The notes: generated by a model from the sequence alone, not told the origin. Positions 53,073-63,063 are shown, counted from the first letter of the stretch. The stretch: DNA of 64,000 nucleotides from an uncultured Smithella sp. (GCA_964469905.1 CAYXZW010000001.1:134783-198782); one strand, 5' to 3'. Numbers and translations: made by a program.

Positions 53073-54917
53073 ATGACTCATAAACACTCTCTTACGAAAT
53101 ATGTCAGCGAGCACTTGGTAGTAGGCGACGGCGCAATGGCCAGTTGGCTTTACCAGAAAGGCATACCCATTGGCTTGTGCTGCGAGGAATTGAACATCTC
53201 CCGACCGGATATCATCCGGGATACCCATCGGGAATACTACGAAGCCGGTGCCCGCCTGATTGAGACCAATACCTTCGGGGCCAACCGTGACGCCCTGTCC
53301 CGTCACGGCCTGGAAGACAGTGTTTACCGCATTAACTGGAAAGCGGCGAATCTGGCCCGGGAAGCGGTAGGCGCAGATGCCTGGGTGATGGGCAGTATGA
53401 CAGCCATCAGCACCGGAAGAGTCCGTCATGAACTTCTGCCGGGACACCGCGAAATGTTCATTGAACAGGCTGAAGCATTGCTCGCCGGGGGTGTCGATGG
53501 TTTAATTCTGGAAACTTTCCTCGATCTGGCAGAACTTCTCCTTGCCCTGACTACCCTGCGCTCCCTCACGAATTTACCGATCATTGCTCAACTGGCTTGT
53601 ATGGAGGTGGGAAAAACCCGTGACGGCTATACAGTCACAGAATCTTTTCGGCAGCTCCTGGATTCCGGGGCAGATATTCTGGGTATCAACTGCCGTCTTG
53701 GTCCCGGCGAAATATTGCGCACAATGGAACAGACTTACGTTCCGGAAGGTACGATTCTTTCCGTTTTTCCCAACGCCGGTCGCCTGGGTATAATAGAAGG
53801 GGAATTCGGCTATACTTCATCGCCCGAATACTTCGCCGATCGCGCTTTGAGTTTCCGCGATCAAGGGGTCAGGATCATCGGCGGCTGTTGCGGCACAACA
53901 CCAGACCATATCCGCGCCGTAGCCTCCACTTTGAGGGAATTGCCTCCCCTGCCCCGTATTAATCCTGAGCATATTCAGGAGCCAGCGCAGATATCAATAA
54001 TGACTGATGTCAGTGTAAGAGGAAAAACAGACACAATTCTGGATAAGGTAAAACGACGTTCAACGGTGCTGGTCGAATTCGACCCGCCGAAAGACCTCGA
54101 CATCGAACAATACATGATTGGTGCAGCCTCTCTGCAGGATGCGGGGGCTGATGCCATCACCATGGCTGATAACTCACTGGCCCAGACGAGGATGAGTAAT
54201 CTGGCCCTGGGAGCCATCGTAAAAATGCGCCTCGGAATCGATCCCCTCGTCCACATCGCCTGCCGGGACCGCAACTTAATTGGCCAGCAGTCCCATCTCA
54301 TGGGACTGCATGCTCTGGGCATTCATAATATCCTTGTTGTCACGGGTGACCCCGCTCGCATCGGCGATCTCCCCGGCGCCAGTTCGGTCTTTGACGTCTC
54401 GTCCTTTGACCTTATCCGCATGGTTAAACAGCTCAATTGCGGCATCTCTTTCTCCGGTCAGTCTCTCCGGGAACATGGACGTTTCGTAGTCGGGGCTGCC
54501 TTCAATCCTCACGTTAACAATTTGGATAATGCTTTAAAACGACTGGAAAGAAAAATAGAGGCGGGTGCAGATTTTATTTTGACTCAACCTGTTTACGATC
54601 AGGCGACAATCGAGATGCTTGCCACAAAGACCCAAAATCTTCCCGTACCAATCTTCATTGGCATTATGCCCATCACCAGCGCCCGCAACGCCGTATTTCT
54701 CCACAACGAAGTGCCTGGAATCAGACTCTCGGAAGAATCTTTGAAACGAATGGCCCAATATCCTGTAGCCGGCCCTGAAGCCAGGAGAGCCGGTCTGGAA
54801 ATTGCCAGGGAACTGGTGGATGTTGCCCGGGTTTACTTCCCGGGACTTTATTTGATGACCCCCTTTGCCTATTACGATATGACTGCAGAGTTGACCAGGT
54901 ACGCCAAGAATAAGTAA
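53073..54917 (+). CDS. Bifunctional homocysteine S-methyltransferase / 5,10-methylenetetrahydrofolate reductase (YitJ-like fusion)
   Basis: The N-terminal Hcy-binding domain has [19 protein letters not shown] and the Zn site [11 protein letters not shown]. The C-terminal MTHFR domain has [21 protein letters not shown] and LTQPVYD. I prefer ATG 53073 over TTG 52968 because of the internal promoter. Confidence 0.85.
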   Translation: MTHKHSLTKYVSEHLVVGDGAMASWLYQKGIPIGLCCEELNISRPDIIRDTHREYYEAGARLIETNTFGANRDALSRHGLEDSVYRINWKAANLAREAVGADAWVMGSMTAISTGRVRHELLPGHREMFIEQAEALLAGGVDGLILETFLDLAELLLALTTLRSLTNLPIIAQLACMEVGKTRDGYTVTESFRQLLDSGADILGINCRLGPGEILRTMEQTYVPEGTILSVFPNAGRLGIIEGEFGYTSSPEYFADRALSFRDQGVRIIGGCCGTTPDHIRAVASTLRELPPLPRINPEHIQEPAQISIMTDVSVRGKTDTILDKVKRRSTVLVEFDPPKDLDIEQYMIGAASLQDAGADAITMADNSLAQTRMSNLALGAIVKMRLGIDPLVHIACRDRNLIGQQSHLMGLHALGIHNILVVTGDPARIGDLPGASSVFDVSSFDLIRMVKQLNCGISFSGQSLREHGRFVVGAAFNPHVNNLDNALKRLERKIEAGADFILTQPVYDQATIEMLATKTQNLPVPIFIGIMPITSARNAVFLHNEVPGIRLSEESLKRMAQYPVAGPEARRAGLEIARELVDVARVYFPGLYLMTPFAYYDMTAELTRYAKNK

Positions 54918-55089
54918 CGGAGCACTTATTTGCTGTCCGGTAATTGTAATGAAGTTTGACCAGCACACAACTCCATCGTCTTCAATTATTGTTTGACTAT
55001 ATCCATCGCTTATGCTATCGATTGGCACCGCTTGGATCACTTTATTAGACTGAGACGGCATGTAAAGTTTATTCACCTGTCTTGACCAA

Positions 55090-55120
55090 GGTCTTCCGCG
55101 TGCGGGAGACCTTTTTATTT
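55090..55120 (+). terminator. Strong rho-independent terminator (or attenuator) abutting the next start codon
   Basis: GGTCTTCCG-CGTG-CGGGAGACC forms a 9-bp stem including one G-U pair (55090-55111), followed by TTTTTATTTT. It lies 172 nt after the yitJ-like stop and 9 nt before ATG 55129. Confidence 0.7.
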
Positions 55121-55128
55121 TGGGGACT

Positions 55129-56031
55129 ATGAAAAATAAAACATCTTATAAATTTGCCATTATCGGCCTGGGTATGGTGGGAACGGCTGTAGGTCATTTA
55201 CTGAAGAAATCCGGCCACGAGATAATCGCTATTTCGGACAAATCCGCTGCTGCCCTGAAGAATGCCCTGCCCTACACCGGAGGGACAGCTTTTCGTGATC
55301 CTAAAAAAGCTGCATTGGATGCTGATTGCATTTTGATTACTACTCCTGATGATAATATTCGAAGTGCCTGTATTGAAATTGCGGATTCTGAACTTCTAAA
55401 AAATAAATTTGTTTTTCATATGAGCGGCGCCGGAGGCCTTGATCTTCTGGATTCGGCTAAAGAAGCCGGCGCTGTTATCGCCAGTATTCATCCTGTGCAA
55501 AGTTTTTCTTCAATCGACACCGCCATTAATAGCATTCCCGGCAGCATTTTTGGCATAACAGCTGATAAAAGAGCAAGAAAGCTCTCTGAAATAATTGTCC
55601 TTGATCTCAGGGGTATTCCAATATTCATTAAACCTGCGCAGAAGCCTCTCTACCATGCTGCGGCTTGTATTGCTTCCAATTATCTGGTTTCATTATTGAG
55701 CATTGTCGAGTCCACCTATGAGTCCATCGGCATAAGTAATACAAATGCCCGCAAAGCATATTTACCTTTGATTTACGGTACGCTGAACAATGTCGAAAAA
55801 TCGGGTTTGATTTCAGCTCTCACCGGTCCGATCGCCCGTGGTGATGCCGGTACGGTAAAAAAACATATTGAAGCAATGGATAATACACAACCGCAGTATT
55901 CTGCTCTCTACGCATCACTGGGACTTATTGCAGTGGGGATTGCCCAACAAAAAGGTACATTGTCCTCGAAGCAGGCAAAAACAATTAATGATCTTTTGAA
56001 AGGAGTTCATGAAGATGAGTACTCAAAATAA
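55129..56031 (+). CDS. Rossmann-fold plus DUF2520 domain oxidoreductase
   Basis: Has the dinucleotide-binding motif [12 protein letters not shown]. The C-terminal [12 protein letters not shown]...LTGPIARGD is the DUF2520 signature as I recall it. Its 3' end overlaps panB by 23 nt. Confidence 0.7.
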   Translation: MKNKTSYKFAIIGLGMVGTAVGHLLKKSGHEIIAISDKSAAALKNALPYTGGTAFRDPKKAALDADCILITTPDDNIRSACIEIADSELLKNKFVFHMSGAGGLDLLDSAKEAGAVIASIHPVQSFSSIDTAINSIPGSIFGITADKRARKLSEIIVLDLRGIPIFIKPAQKPLYHAAACIASNYLVSLLSIVESTYESIGISNTNARKAYLPLIYGTLNNVEKSGLISALTGPIARGDAGTVKKHIEAMDNTQPQYSALYASLGLIAVGIAQQKGTLSSKQAKTINDLLKGVHEDEYSK

Positions 56032-56833
56032 AAGCAGCCGTAAAACTATTCTGGATATTAAGAAAATGAAAGCGCTTGGTGAAAAAATTACCGTACTTAC
56101 CGCCTACGATTATGCCATTTCTTCCATTCTGGACGAATGCGGTGTTGATATGATCCTCGTGGGAGATTCACTGGGCATGGTTGTTTTAGGATATGACACC
56201 ACTCTCCCGGTCACGATGGAAGATATGCTGCACCACACAAAAGCAGTTTCCCGGGCAGCACACAATTCGCTGGTCATTGCCGATATGCCTTTTCTTTCCT
56301 ATCAAGTCTCACCCCAGTTGGCATTAGCTAATGCCGGCCGTTTTCTGCAAGAAGCTGGAGCGCAAGCGGTCAAACTGGAAGGCGGCAGGGAAACTGCTGA
56401 AACTGTTCGCAAAATAACTTCCGCCGGGATTCCCGTTATGGCGCATGTCGGTTTGACACCCCAGTCGATTCACCAAATCGGCGGATTTAAAGTCCAAGGA
56501 AAAAAAGAAGATGCGGCCCTGCGAATAATTGAAGATGCCAAAATACTGGAGGAAGCCGGTGCTTTTTCGATTGTTCTGGAATTAGTACCGGAAAAACTAG
56601 CTGAAGAAATAACCAAAACAATTGGCATTCCCACAATTGGCATTGGCGGTGGAGTGCACTGCGACGGCCAGGTGCTGGTAATAAATGATATGTTGGGACT
56701 GTATGACAAATTCACACCAAAGCATGTAAAAAAATACGCCAACTTAAATCCGGAGATTAAAAAAGCGGTCAAAAGTTACATAACCGATGTGAAAAATTGT
56801 ACTTTCCCGGATGCTGAACATAGCTTTAAATAG
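56009..56833 (+). CDS. panB: 3-methyl-2-oxobutanoate hydroxymethyltransferase
   Basis: 274 aa. [24 protein letters not shown] and GHVGLTPQS are canonical PanB motifs. Confidence 0.9.
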   Translation: MKMSTQNKSSRKTILDIKKMKALGEKITVLTAYDYAISSILDECGVDMILVGDSLGMVVLGYDTTLPVTMEDMLHHTKAVSRAAHNSLVIADMPFLSYQVSPQLALANAGRFLQEAGAQAVKLEGGRETAETVRKITSAGIPVMAHVGLTPQSIHQIGGFKVQGKKEDAALRIIEDAKILEEAGAFSIVLELVPEKLAEEITKTIGIPTIGIGGGVHCDGQVLVINDMLGLYDKFTPKHVKKYANLNPEIKKAVKSYITDVKNCTFPDAEHSFK

Positions 56834-56887
56834 CTGATAGATTATAAATTGGTTTTGTTCGATACATTCGTCAGTATCTGAAATTAT

Positions 56888-56928
56888 AAATCCCGGGATT
56901 CATTCCAATAAGAAACGAATTCCGGGAT
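56888..56928. terminator. Hairpin between convergent panB and the PPIase gene (possible bidirectional terminator)
   Basis: AATCCCGG (56888-56895) pairs with CCGGGATT (56921-56928), and inner ATTC/GAAT pairs extend the stem. Both flanks are A/T-rich. Confidence 0.4.
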
Positions 56929-56975
56929 TATTATTGTAATCAACAGTATTTAGTTTAGACTAACCAGCGATATAA

Positions 56976-58046
56976 TTATTTTTCAAAAACCATAATTTTC
57001 GCATTATCGCGCAATTTCTTCAATAAAGTGTTGAATGCTTCTGTTTGCTTTTGCTGTTCCAGGTAAGATGATATTTTCCCTTTAACTTCTTCCAGCTCCA
57101 CTGTCTTCTGGGGATTGCGCGCCAATACCTGGATTATATGATAACCGTATTCTGTAGCAACTACAGGCCCAACGGCATTAATTTCCTGGGAAAAAGCCGC
57201 ATCTTCAAAAGGCTTCACTGTTTGGTCTTTTCTTATCTGACCGAGGTCGCCGCCATTATCTTTACTGGGGCAATCGGAATTTTTACGAGCAATTTCGCCA
57301 AAATCGGCACCTTCAACTATTTGCTTCCGTAAACCATCTATCTTTAACTTTTTTTCTGCTTTGACGTTATCATTATCTTCTTTGGCAAATGCGGTCAGTA
57401 TGTGGCGGACATGAACATTCTCCGGAATAAGAAATTGATCCTTATTTTCATCATAGAATTTACTGATCTCTTTTGGCGAAGGTTTTCCCTTGCTACCCAA
57501 TTCCTGAGCCACCATTTTTTTTACTTTAATCCCCAGTGCGATATGTTCCCTGGTAATTTTATTGTCTTTCATAAATTTATCCAGTTTCTGATCCGGCGGA
57601 AGACTGGCTTTAATTTGATCCATTATCATTGCTATTTCTTTATCAGTTGCCGGAATTTTTCTTTTTTCCACTTCGTTCGCCAGAAGAGTACGCATGACGA
57701 ATTCATCAATGATCTGTTTCTTCAGAGTCGTCCGCGCTTCTTTCATTTTATCAGCCGGAATCTGACCTTTATACGCAGCAAGTCTCTGTTTGATATCTCC
57801 ATCCATTTGCGCTTTCTTTAAGATACTACCATCAACATTCACGGCAATATCGGTTGATTCGGCATTGGTAGATGCTGCCGGCGGTGCAGCGCTGGCCACT
57901 GGAACTAACGGTTGAACTTGATTAGTGCTTACTGCCGGACTTTGAGCATTCTTCTTTTTCTCTTCCGTGTTACCGCAACCCGTCATAATAGCAAATGTGG
58001 CTACAAGAAATATTATCGACCACTTCTTATTAATCCTGCTTTTCAT
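56976..58046 (-). CDS. Parvulin-type peptidyl-prolyl isomerase lipoprotein (SurA/PrsA-like)
   Basis: 356 aa with lipobox FAIMTGC, SurA-N-like helices and a PpiC domain (VRHILT...GGDLG...GYHIIQV). Confidence 0.8.
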   Translation of the reverse strand: MKSRINKKWSIIFLVATFAIMTGCGNTEEKKKNAQSPAVSTNQVQPLVPVASAAPPAASTNAESTDIAVNVDGSILKKAQMDGDIKQRLAAYKGQIPADKMKEARTTLKKQIIDEFVMRTLLANEVEKRKIPATDKEIAMIMDQIKASLPPDQKLDKFMKDNKITREHIALGIKVKKMVAQELGSKGKPSPKEISKFYDENKDQFLIPENVHVRHILTAFAKEDNDNVKAEKKLKIDGLRKQIVEGADFGEIARKNSDCPSKDNGGDLGQIRKDQTVKPFEDAAFSQEINAVGPVVATEYGYHIIQVLARNPQKTVELEEVKGKISSYLEQQKQTEAFNTLLKKLRDNAKIMVFEK

Positions 58047-58159
58047 TAAAATCCTCCAGAAAGTTGTTAGTCAGCACTGTGTTTTACTATCCGCGAGATA
58101 TATTCAATATACCCATATACGTCAAGAAGATAATCATATCTAAGATATGCTTAATTCAT

Positions 58160-59512
58160 TTAAGTAAATTGTCGCAAATATTGGACGATTTCCTGCTGCT
58201 GAGCTAATTCCGGATGATTGGTTGCCAGAATACATGCGGGAATAGCCATTTGCTGCATCTGCAAGATATCCTTTAAAGCGGCAAACATATTGACGGGAGG
58301 ATAAAATTCTCTGGACAAATAGTTAATCAGCTTTAATGTTTTAAAACCGTCAAACCAGCAGTGAAACTGTTTAATCAATCCAGTTTCATCTTTAACGTTT
58401 CGGCGAATTTTCGTCCACGTCTGCACAAAGGAGCAATCTTTCAAAAAAGATGCCAACAGAGGATGAATTAATCCGGCATTATTCAAGATATCTTTGGTAT
58501 CATAATGGAAAGGCTTTTCCATAAGCAGCAGCCAATTAGCCAATATTTGAAATATCATTGGATCATACAAAACGTATTCTTCCTGCTCGTGCGTCAGAAA
58601 TCTTTGTATTCTTTTGCCTGTGCCAAAGGGAACGCGCTGAGATGGCCGTGCTGATGGAAAGACACATGTATTTTTAACATAGTTTATCTTTCCGACTTTA
58701 GCCAGTTTGTTAAGAAAATAAAAGTCCTCACCTGCTTCCCGCCGGTTCATTCCCCGAACATCCAGATAGGCATCGGCAGAACAAGCCATTGCGGAACCTA
58801 TAGAATGAAAAGCATAGGGAGATTTTGCATATTTCAATCCTAATATCCAGTAACGCAAGAATATTTCATAGCAATAAATAGCCGCTCTTTCTTCATCACT
58901 AATCGGTTCCTGATGCTCGTAAGCAACGACGGCAGTTTTTACTTTACTGGTAAAGTAATCATTTATTACTGCCAAATAATTGTTTTGCACTAATGTATCG
59001 GCGTCAAGACTTAGAATAATCCTTTGGGCAGAAGAGCTCTTTGCCAGCATACTCAGTGCCCAATCCATTCCAATCTTGCGCGCCATTCCCACGCCACCTT
59101 CATCAGCAGATATTTCCTTTCCTTTTGATGAGGCATCTATATATCCGATCCTTAATCCTGAATCGGCAATGAGCTGTAATTTATCTTTCAAATCATAAGT
59201 GAGATTCCACTTTTTCAGGCTGGCTTTATTAACCAATGCTTGAAGATATTCCAGCGTTTGCTGATTATTACTGATTACTTCATCCGGGGAATTATTCTTA
59301 TTATTGATTACGCATAAGACCAATGAATCATCTAAAGACGAAGATGAATTTAGCGCAAGAGATGCCAGGGTGGAAAAAAGCATATTCTTTTCGGCATAAG
59401 CAGGTATTACCACAACCTGAGATATGCTTTCAGTATTCGTCGCAATCAGCTTCCAGCGTCCTGCCACCGAATATTTATCCAGATATTGAATCAATGAAGA
59501 AGATTTAGTCAT
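58160..59512 (-). CDS. GT-A fold (family 2-like) glycosyltransferase, substrate unknown
   Basis: 450 aa. VVVIPAYAEKN is the GT2 N-terminal motif and SLDADTLV is the DxD motif. Its start overlaps the miaA end by 8 nt. Confidence 0.6.
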   Translation of the reverse strand: MTKSSSLIQYLDKYSVAGRWKLIATNTESISQVVVIPAYAEKNMLFSTLASLALNSSSSLDDSLVLCVINNKNNSPDEVISNNQQTLEYLQALVNKASLKKWNLTYDLKDKLQLIADSGLRIGYIDASSKGKEISADEGGVGMARKIGMDWALSMLAKSSSAQRIILSLDADTLVQNNYLAVINDYFTSKVKTAVVAYEHQEPISDEERAAIYCYEIFLRYWILGLKYAKSPYAFHSIGSAMACSADAYLDVRGMNRREAGEDFYFLNKLAKVGKINYVKNTCVFPSARPSQRVPFGTGKRIQRFLTHEQEEYVLYDPMIFQILANWLLLMEKPFHYDTKDILNNAGLIHPLLASFLKDCSFVQTWTKIRRNVKDETGLIKQFHCWFDGFKTLKLINYLSREFYPPVNMFAALKDILQMQQMAIPACILATNHPELAQQQEIVQYLRQFT

Positions 59513-60419
59513 TTAAATATTTCAATACACCTTCTTTAAGTAATGTATAATCATCTCCGTTAATCCAATTAATTTTAATTCCCTTTCTTTCCATACGTCG
59601 AAACCACGTTTCCTGACGTTTGGCAAATTGATGAATGCTGGTATTTAATTGTGCAAACATCTCGGCATAAGTGATTTTCCCTTGCAGATAACGGGAAACA
59701 TAACGATATTCCAACCCGAAGCTATCGAGCCTTGCCCAGGATAATCCGGATATTTCTAATGTCCTTATTTCTTCAATCATTCCCATTTCCAGTCTTTGTG
59801 TTAACCGGTCTGTAATGCGTTGGCGCAGTACTGATCGGTCCCAGCGGACACCGAATACAGCGGCATTCAAATTCGGCACTGCTGATGTTGCTGCAGGCTG
59901 TCGTAATCGCGCTCTTTCTATCTCTATAGCCCGAATCAATCTGTCTTTATCCTCGATGTCCGTCTTATTATGAAGTTGACTTTTCAAGGCGAAAAGATTT
60001 TTTTGTAAATCCTCGATTGATTTAGTTTGCAAATTGTTTCTTAATTCCTGATCCGGTGGCGCCTCGGGTAACTGGTAATTCAGAATAATTGATTCTAAAT
60101 AAAGCCCGGTGCCTCCAACCACTACCGGCAGAACATTTCTTTTTTTAAGATCGGAGTAAACTTCATAAAAACCGGTCTGAAATTCAAAAAGATTAAATTC
60201 TTCTGCCGGACTGATAATATCGATCAAATAATATGGTATCCTGAAGCCATTAATTATATATTCACTTAAATCTTTGCCTGTACCAATATCCAGGCCTTGA
60301 TAAACTTGTCGGGAATCTGCAGAAATTATTTCACCTTTCAGCTCGTAGGCCAGACGAGCAGACAGTTTTGTTTTACCCGACGCAGTCGCTCCCAGAAGAA
60401 TTATGGTTTTTTTAACCAC
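59505..60419 (-). CDS. miaA: tRNA dimethylallyltransferase
   Basis: 304 aa with P-loop GATASGKT, plus SADSRQVYQGLDIGT and VVGGTGLY. Confidence 0.9.
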   Translation of the reverse strand: MVKKTIILLGATASGKTKLSARLAYELKGEIISADSRQVYQGLDIGTGKDLSEYIINGFRIPYYLIDIISPAEEFNLFEFQTGFYEVYSDLKKRNVLPVVVGGTGLYLESIILNYQLPEAPPDQELRNNLQTKSIEDLQKNLFALKSQLHNKTDIEDKDRLIRAIEIERARLRQPAATSAVPNLNAAVFGVRWDRSVLRQRITDRLTQRLEMGMIEEIRTLEISGLSWARLDSFGLEYRYVSRYLQGKITYAEMFAQLNTSIHQFAKRQETWFRRMERKGIKINWINGDDYTLLKEGVLKYLND

Positions 60420-60500
60420 TTTATTGCCTTGAATTTATCTTTTATTAATGAAATGTAATACAATAATTAACTTAATTTTACCATTACCGGCTGAAAATAA

Positions 60501-61847
60501 ATGAACAAACGACTCGATTTGGGCAAGGAAGCAATCTTCCCGTTGATTATTAAGATGAGCTGGCCATCGATGATAGCAATGGTGGCTATGTCCATTTACA
60601 ACTTTATTGATACTTTCTGGCTTTCCAGATTAAGCCCTCAGGCTCTGGCCGCATTGACAATTTGCTTCCCCATTCAAATGATTTTTGCTGCTGTCGGCAT
60701 TGGTACCGGCGTTGGTGCCGGCTCCTTTTCGGCAAGAATGTTTGGCGCGGGTAAATTATTCCAGGCAAAGCAAGCCGCCGGCCATATATTTACCCTTTCC
60801 CTGTTTTTTGGCATCGTAATGATTATTTCCGTCCTGTATTTTCATGACGGGATTCTCCGTATTTTTGGCGCAGATGCCGAAATAATGCCTCTTTGCCGCG
60901 ATTATCTGATTGTTGTCACCTTCAGTTCGCCTTTTCTTTTCTTTTCCATGATGTCCAATAATTTGTTACGCGCCGAGGGAAGACCTCTTTTATCCATGTG
61001 GGTTGTTCTGATTTCTTCAATTCTCAGTGCAATTATCGATCCTTTTTTAATTTTCGGTATAGGACCTTTCCCACGTATGGGCATCAAAGGAGCTGCTCTG
61101 GCAGCAGTTATTGCTCAATTTGCAGCCTGCATCTTCTCCGTCTATTTTATGTTATTAAAAACATCAATTTATGATCTTAAATGGCAATATCTAATACCAA
61201 ACATATCCGTAATTAAATCAATATTTTCTACCGGATTTCCCTCGATTGTCATTAATATGATTGTAAGTATAGTTTTAGTTTTTTACAATCATACGCTATC
61301 TCAGTTCGGTTCACTCGCTATAGCTGCTTTAGGCATCTGCTTTCGAGTAAACGGACTTGTAACAATGATTTTATTTGGAATTGGTTTTGGACTAATGCCT
61401 ATTGTTGGTTACAGCGAAGGAGCTAAACTTTACGGGCGTCTGAAAGAATCTGTCTTCGTGGCGACAAAAGCAGCCATTGTGATTGCTGTAATCGCTACCG
61501 TCTTCCTGGAAATATATGCTGAATCAATAGTCGGTATTTTTTCTAATGATCCGGCGCTCACGGCAATTGCCACAACAGCCTTGAGGCTCTATGTGTCAGT
61601 TTTGATATTTACGGCGCCATCGATAATTTTCATTAACATGTTTATGGGATTGGGAAAGGGAAATCTGGCAATGGTTTTACTTTTCTTCCGCGATGTCCTT
61701 TTACTTATTCCGTTTTTAATTGTTTTTTCTTCTTGGCTTGGTCTTTTTGGCGCCTGGCTGGCCTTACCGATTGCCAACATAATTGCTTTTTTTGCAATTT
61801 TGTACTGGACGAAAAAAGAACTTAACCGGTTTGATATTAAGTCATAA
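60501..61847 (+). CDS. MATE family efflux transporter
   Basis: 448 aa with about 12 TM helices. The N-terminal IIKMSWPSMIAMVAMSIYNFIDTFW is typical of NorM/MATE. Confidence 0.85.
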   Translation: MNKRLDLGKEAIFPLIIKMSWPSMIAMVAMSIYNFIDTFWLSRLSPQALAALTICFPIQMIFAAVGIGTGVGAGSFSARMFGAGKLFQAKQAAGHIFTLSLFFGIVMIISVLYFHDGILRIFGADAEIMPLCRDYLIVVTFSSPFLFFSMMSNNLLRAEGRPLLSMWVVLISSILSAIIDPFLIFGIGPFPRMGIKGAALAAVIAQFAACIFSVYFMLLKTSIYDLKWQYLIPNISVIKSIFSTGFPSIVINMIVSIVLVFYNHTLSQFGSLAIAALGICFRVNGLVTMILFGIGFGLMPIVGYSEGAKLYGRLKESVFVATKAAIVIAVIATVFLEIYAESIVGIFSNDPALTAIATTALRLYVSVLIFTAPSIIFINMFMGLGKGNLAMVLLFFRDVLLLIPFLIVFSSWLGLFGAWLALPIANIIAFFAILYWTKKELNRFDIKS

Positions 61848-61852
61848 TAAAA

Positions 61853-61879
61853 AAAATGCCCCTTTAATCGGGGCATTTT
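61853..61879. terminator. Bidirectional rho-independent terminator between the MATE gene and cspA
   Basis: AAAATGCCCC (61853-61862) pairs with GGGGCATTTT (61870-61879) around a 7-nt loop. There are A/T runs on both sides. Confidence 0.7.
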
Positions 61880-61904
61880 AATTCGGAGATAAATTGATTA
61901 AATA

Positions 61905-62105
61905 TTACAGTGGTTGCACATTGGTTGCGCTGGGACCTTTATTGCCCTGCTCAATGTCAAAACGAATTCTCTGACCCTCATAAAGAGTTTTGAATCCGGT
62001 TCCTGCGATAGCGCTATAATGAACAAATACATCGCCACCTTCATCGTTTTCAATAAAACCAAACCCCTTCTTCTCGTTGAACCACTTTACTTTTCCTTCT
62101 GCCAC
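61905..62105 (-). CDS. cspA: Cold-shock protein (CspA family), GTG start
   Basis: 66 aa: (M)[17 protein letters not shown]...VFVHYSAI, carrying the RNP1/RNP2 motifs. AAAGGAGGA RBS lies 9 nt before GTG 62105. The track's 95-aa version extends upstream through the leader. Confidence 0.9.
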   Translation of the reverse strand: MAEGKVKWFNEKKGFGFIENDEGGDVFVHYSAIAGTGFKTLYEGQRIRFDIEQGNKGPSATNVQPL

Positions 62106-62163
62106 AGTTAAAAATCCTCCTTTCAAATATTCGTTTCTGTACAGGTTGATTCCTGCCAGAAAC

Positions 62164-62212
62164 AAAAAAACCGCACGAATTCTCTTTCTCAATTCAAGAA
62201 TTCTCAGCGGTT
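62164..62212 (-). terminator. Hairpin plus T7 in the hydrolase-cspA intergenic region (terminator of the hydrolase gene or a csp leader element)
   Basis: On the minus strand: AACCGC...GCGGTT with inner GAATTC/GAATTC pairing, followed by TTTTTTT. It lies about 60 nt upstream of the csp start. Confidence 0.45.
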
Positions 62213-62356
62213 AATTTTTATTATTGCAAAACTCAGCACTAACTACTTCCTAATAATCATTACACTTTTTACATCCTGTTAAACTCAGGACCGACATACG
62301 TTAGTAGAGCAACTAACATCATTTTTTTTAAAAATCAAGCTTTTTTTATAATTTAG

Positions 62357-62977
62357 TCAATTTTTTTCGTTATTTATAGCTGAACGTAAAATATTTTTTA
62401 ACTCGTCTTCTTTTTCGATATAAAAATGATCTGTATAGGGGATTATTTTTAAATTCAAGTTAACATTATTTACTTGCTGTTTTAAAATACCAATATCGCA
62501 GAACTGATCGTTGTTTCCGCAGACAATCATATCGATTTTATTGGCTAATTTAAAAAAATTAAAATCAAAATAACTGATTGGTGGTGAGATAAATATGGTG
62601 GCGGCAAACGGATGATCACCTTTTTCAATAATTTTTGAGCCAACCCAGGAACCAAAAGAATAGCCTGCAAAAGATATTTCCGATATTCCAATACCCTGTA
62701 AATATTTACACGCAGCTAAAATATCTTCCTGCTCACCCCGGCCTTCATCATAAACGCCTGTACTGCCGCCCACGCCCCGGAAATTAAATCTCAATGTGGA
62801 ATATTGTTCAGCGGCATAAGCTTCCTGAATAGCTTGCACAACGTTATTATGCATGGAGCCACCCATCAAAGAATGCGGATGGCAAATAACGACCCCTTTG
62901 TCTTCTGTTGATTTGTTTAATAATCCTTCAATCAGTAATTCATTATTTTTTATATGAATATGTTCCTCGCTCATCAT
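62357..62977 (-). CDS. Alpha/beta hydrolase fold protein
   Basis: 206 aa with nucleophile elbow GYSFGS and an upstream HPHSLMGGSMHNNVV. A C-terminal HF motif is also present. Confidence 0.65.
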   Translation of the reverse strand: MMSEEHIHIKNNELLIEGLLNKSTEDKGVVICHPHSLMGGSMHNNVVQAIQEAYAAEQYSTLRFNFRGVGGSTGVYDEGRGEQEDILAACKYLQGIGISEISFAGYSFGSWVGSKIIEKGDHPFAATIFISPPISYFDFNFFKLANKIDMIVCGNNDQFCDIGILKQQVNNVNLNLKIIPYTDHFYIEKEDELKNILRSAINNEKN

Positions 62978-63063
62978 CGTTCCTCTTTATTAATTCCGGT
63001 TAAACCGTTATTTAACAATAAGCTTAATCAATGTAACAATCATAATAAACCGTAACTAAATTG

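Noticed and set aside
55021-55040. A sigma54-like TGGCAC element in the panB leader region
   Set aside because: TGGCAC is present, but no TTGC/-12 element follows at the required 4-5 nt spacing (the sequence is TGGCACCGCTTGGATC).
54534-55076. A 180-aa minus-strand ORF overlapping the 3' end of the yitJ-like gene
   Set aside because: Two thirds of it is antisense to a well-supported, GC-rich coding region where long shadow ORFs are expected. It has no RBS and no recognisable domain.
62106-62192. An N-terminal 29-aa extension of the cold-shock protein (track ORF 61905-62192)
   Set aside because: The extension runs through the RBS (AAAGGAGGA) and the leader and has no Csp-like sequence. GTG 62105 gives the canonical 66-aa protein.
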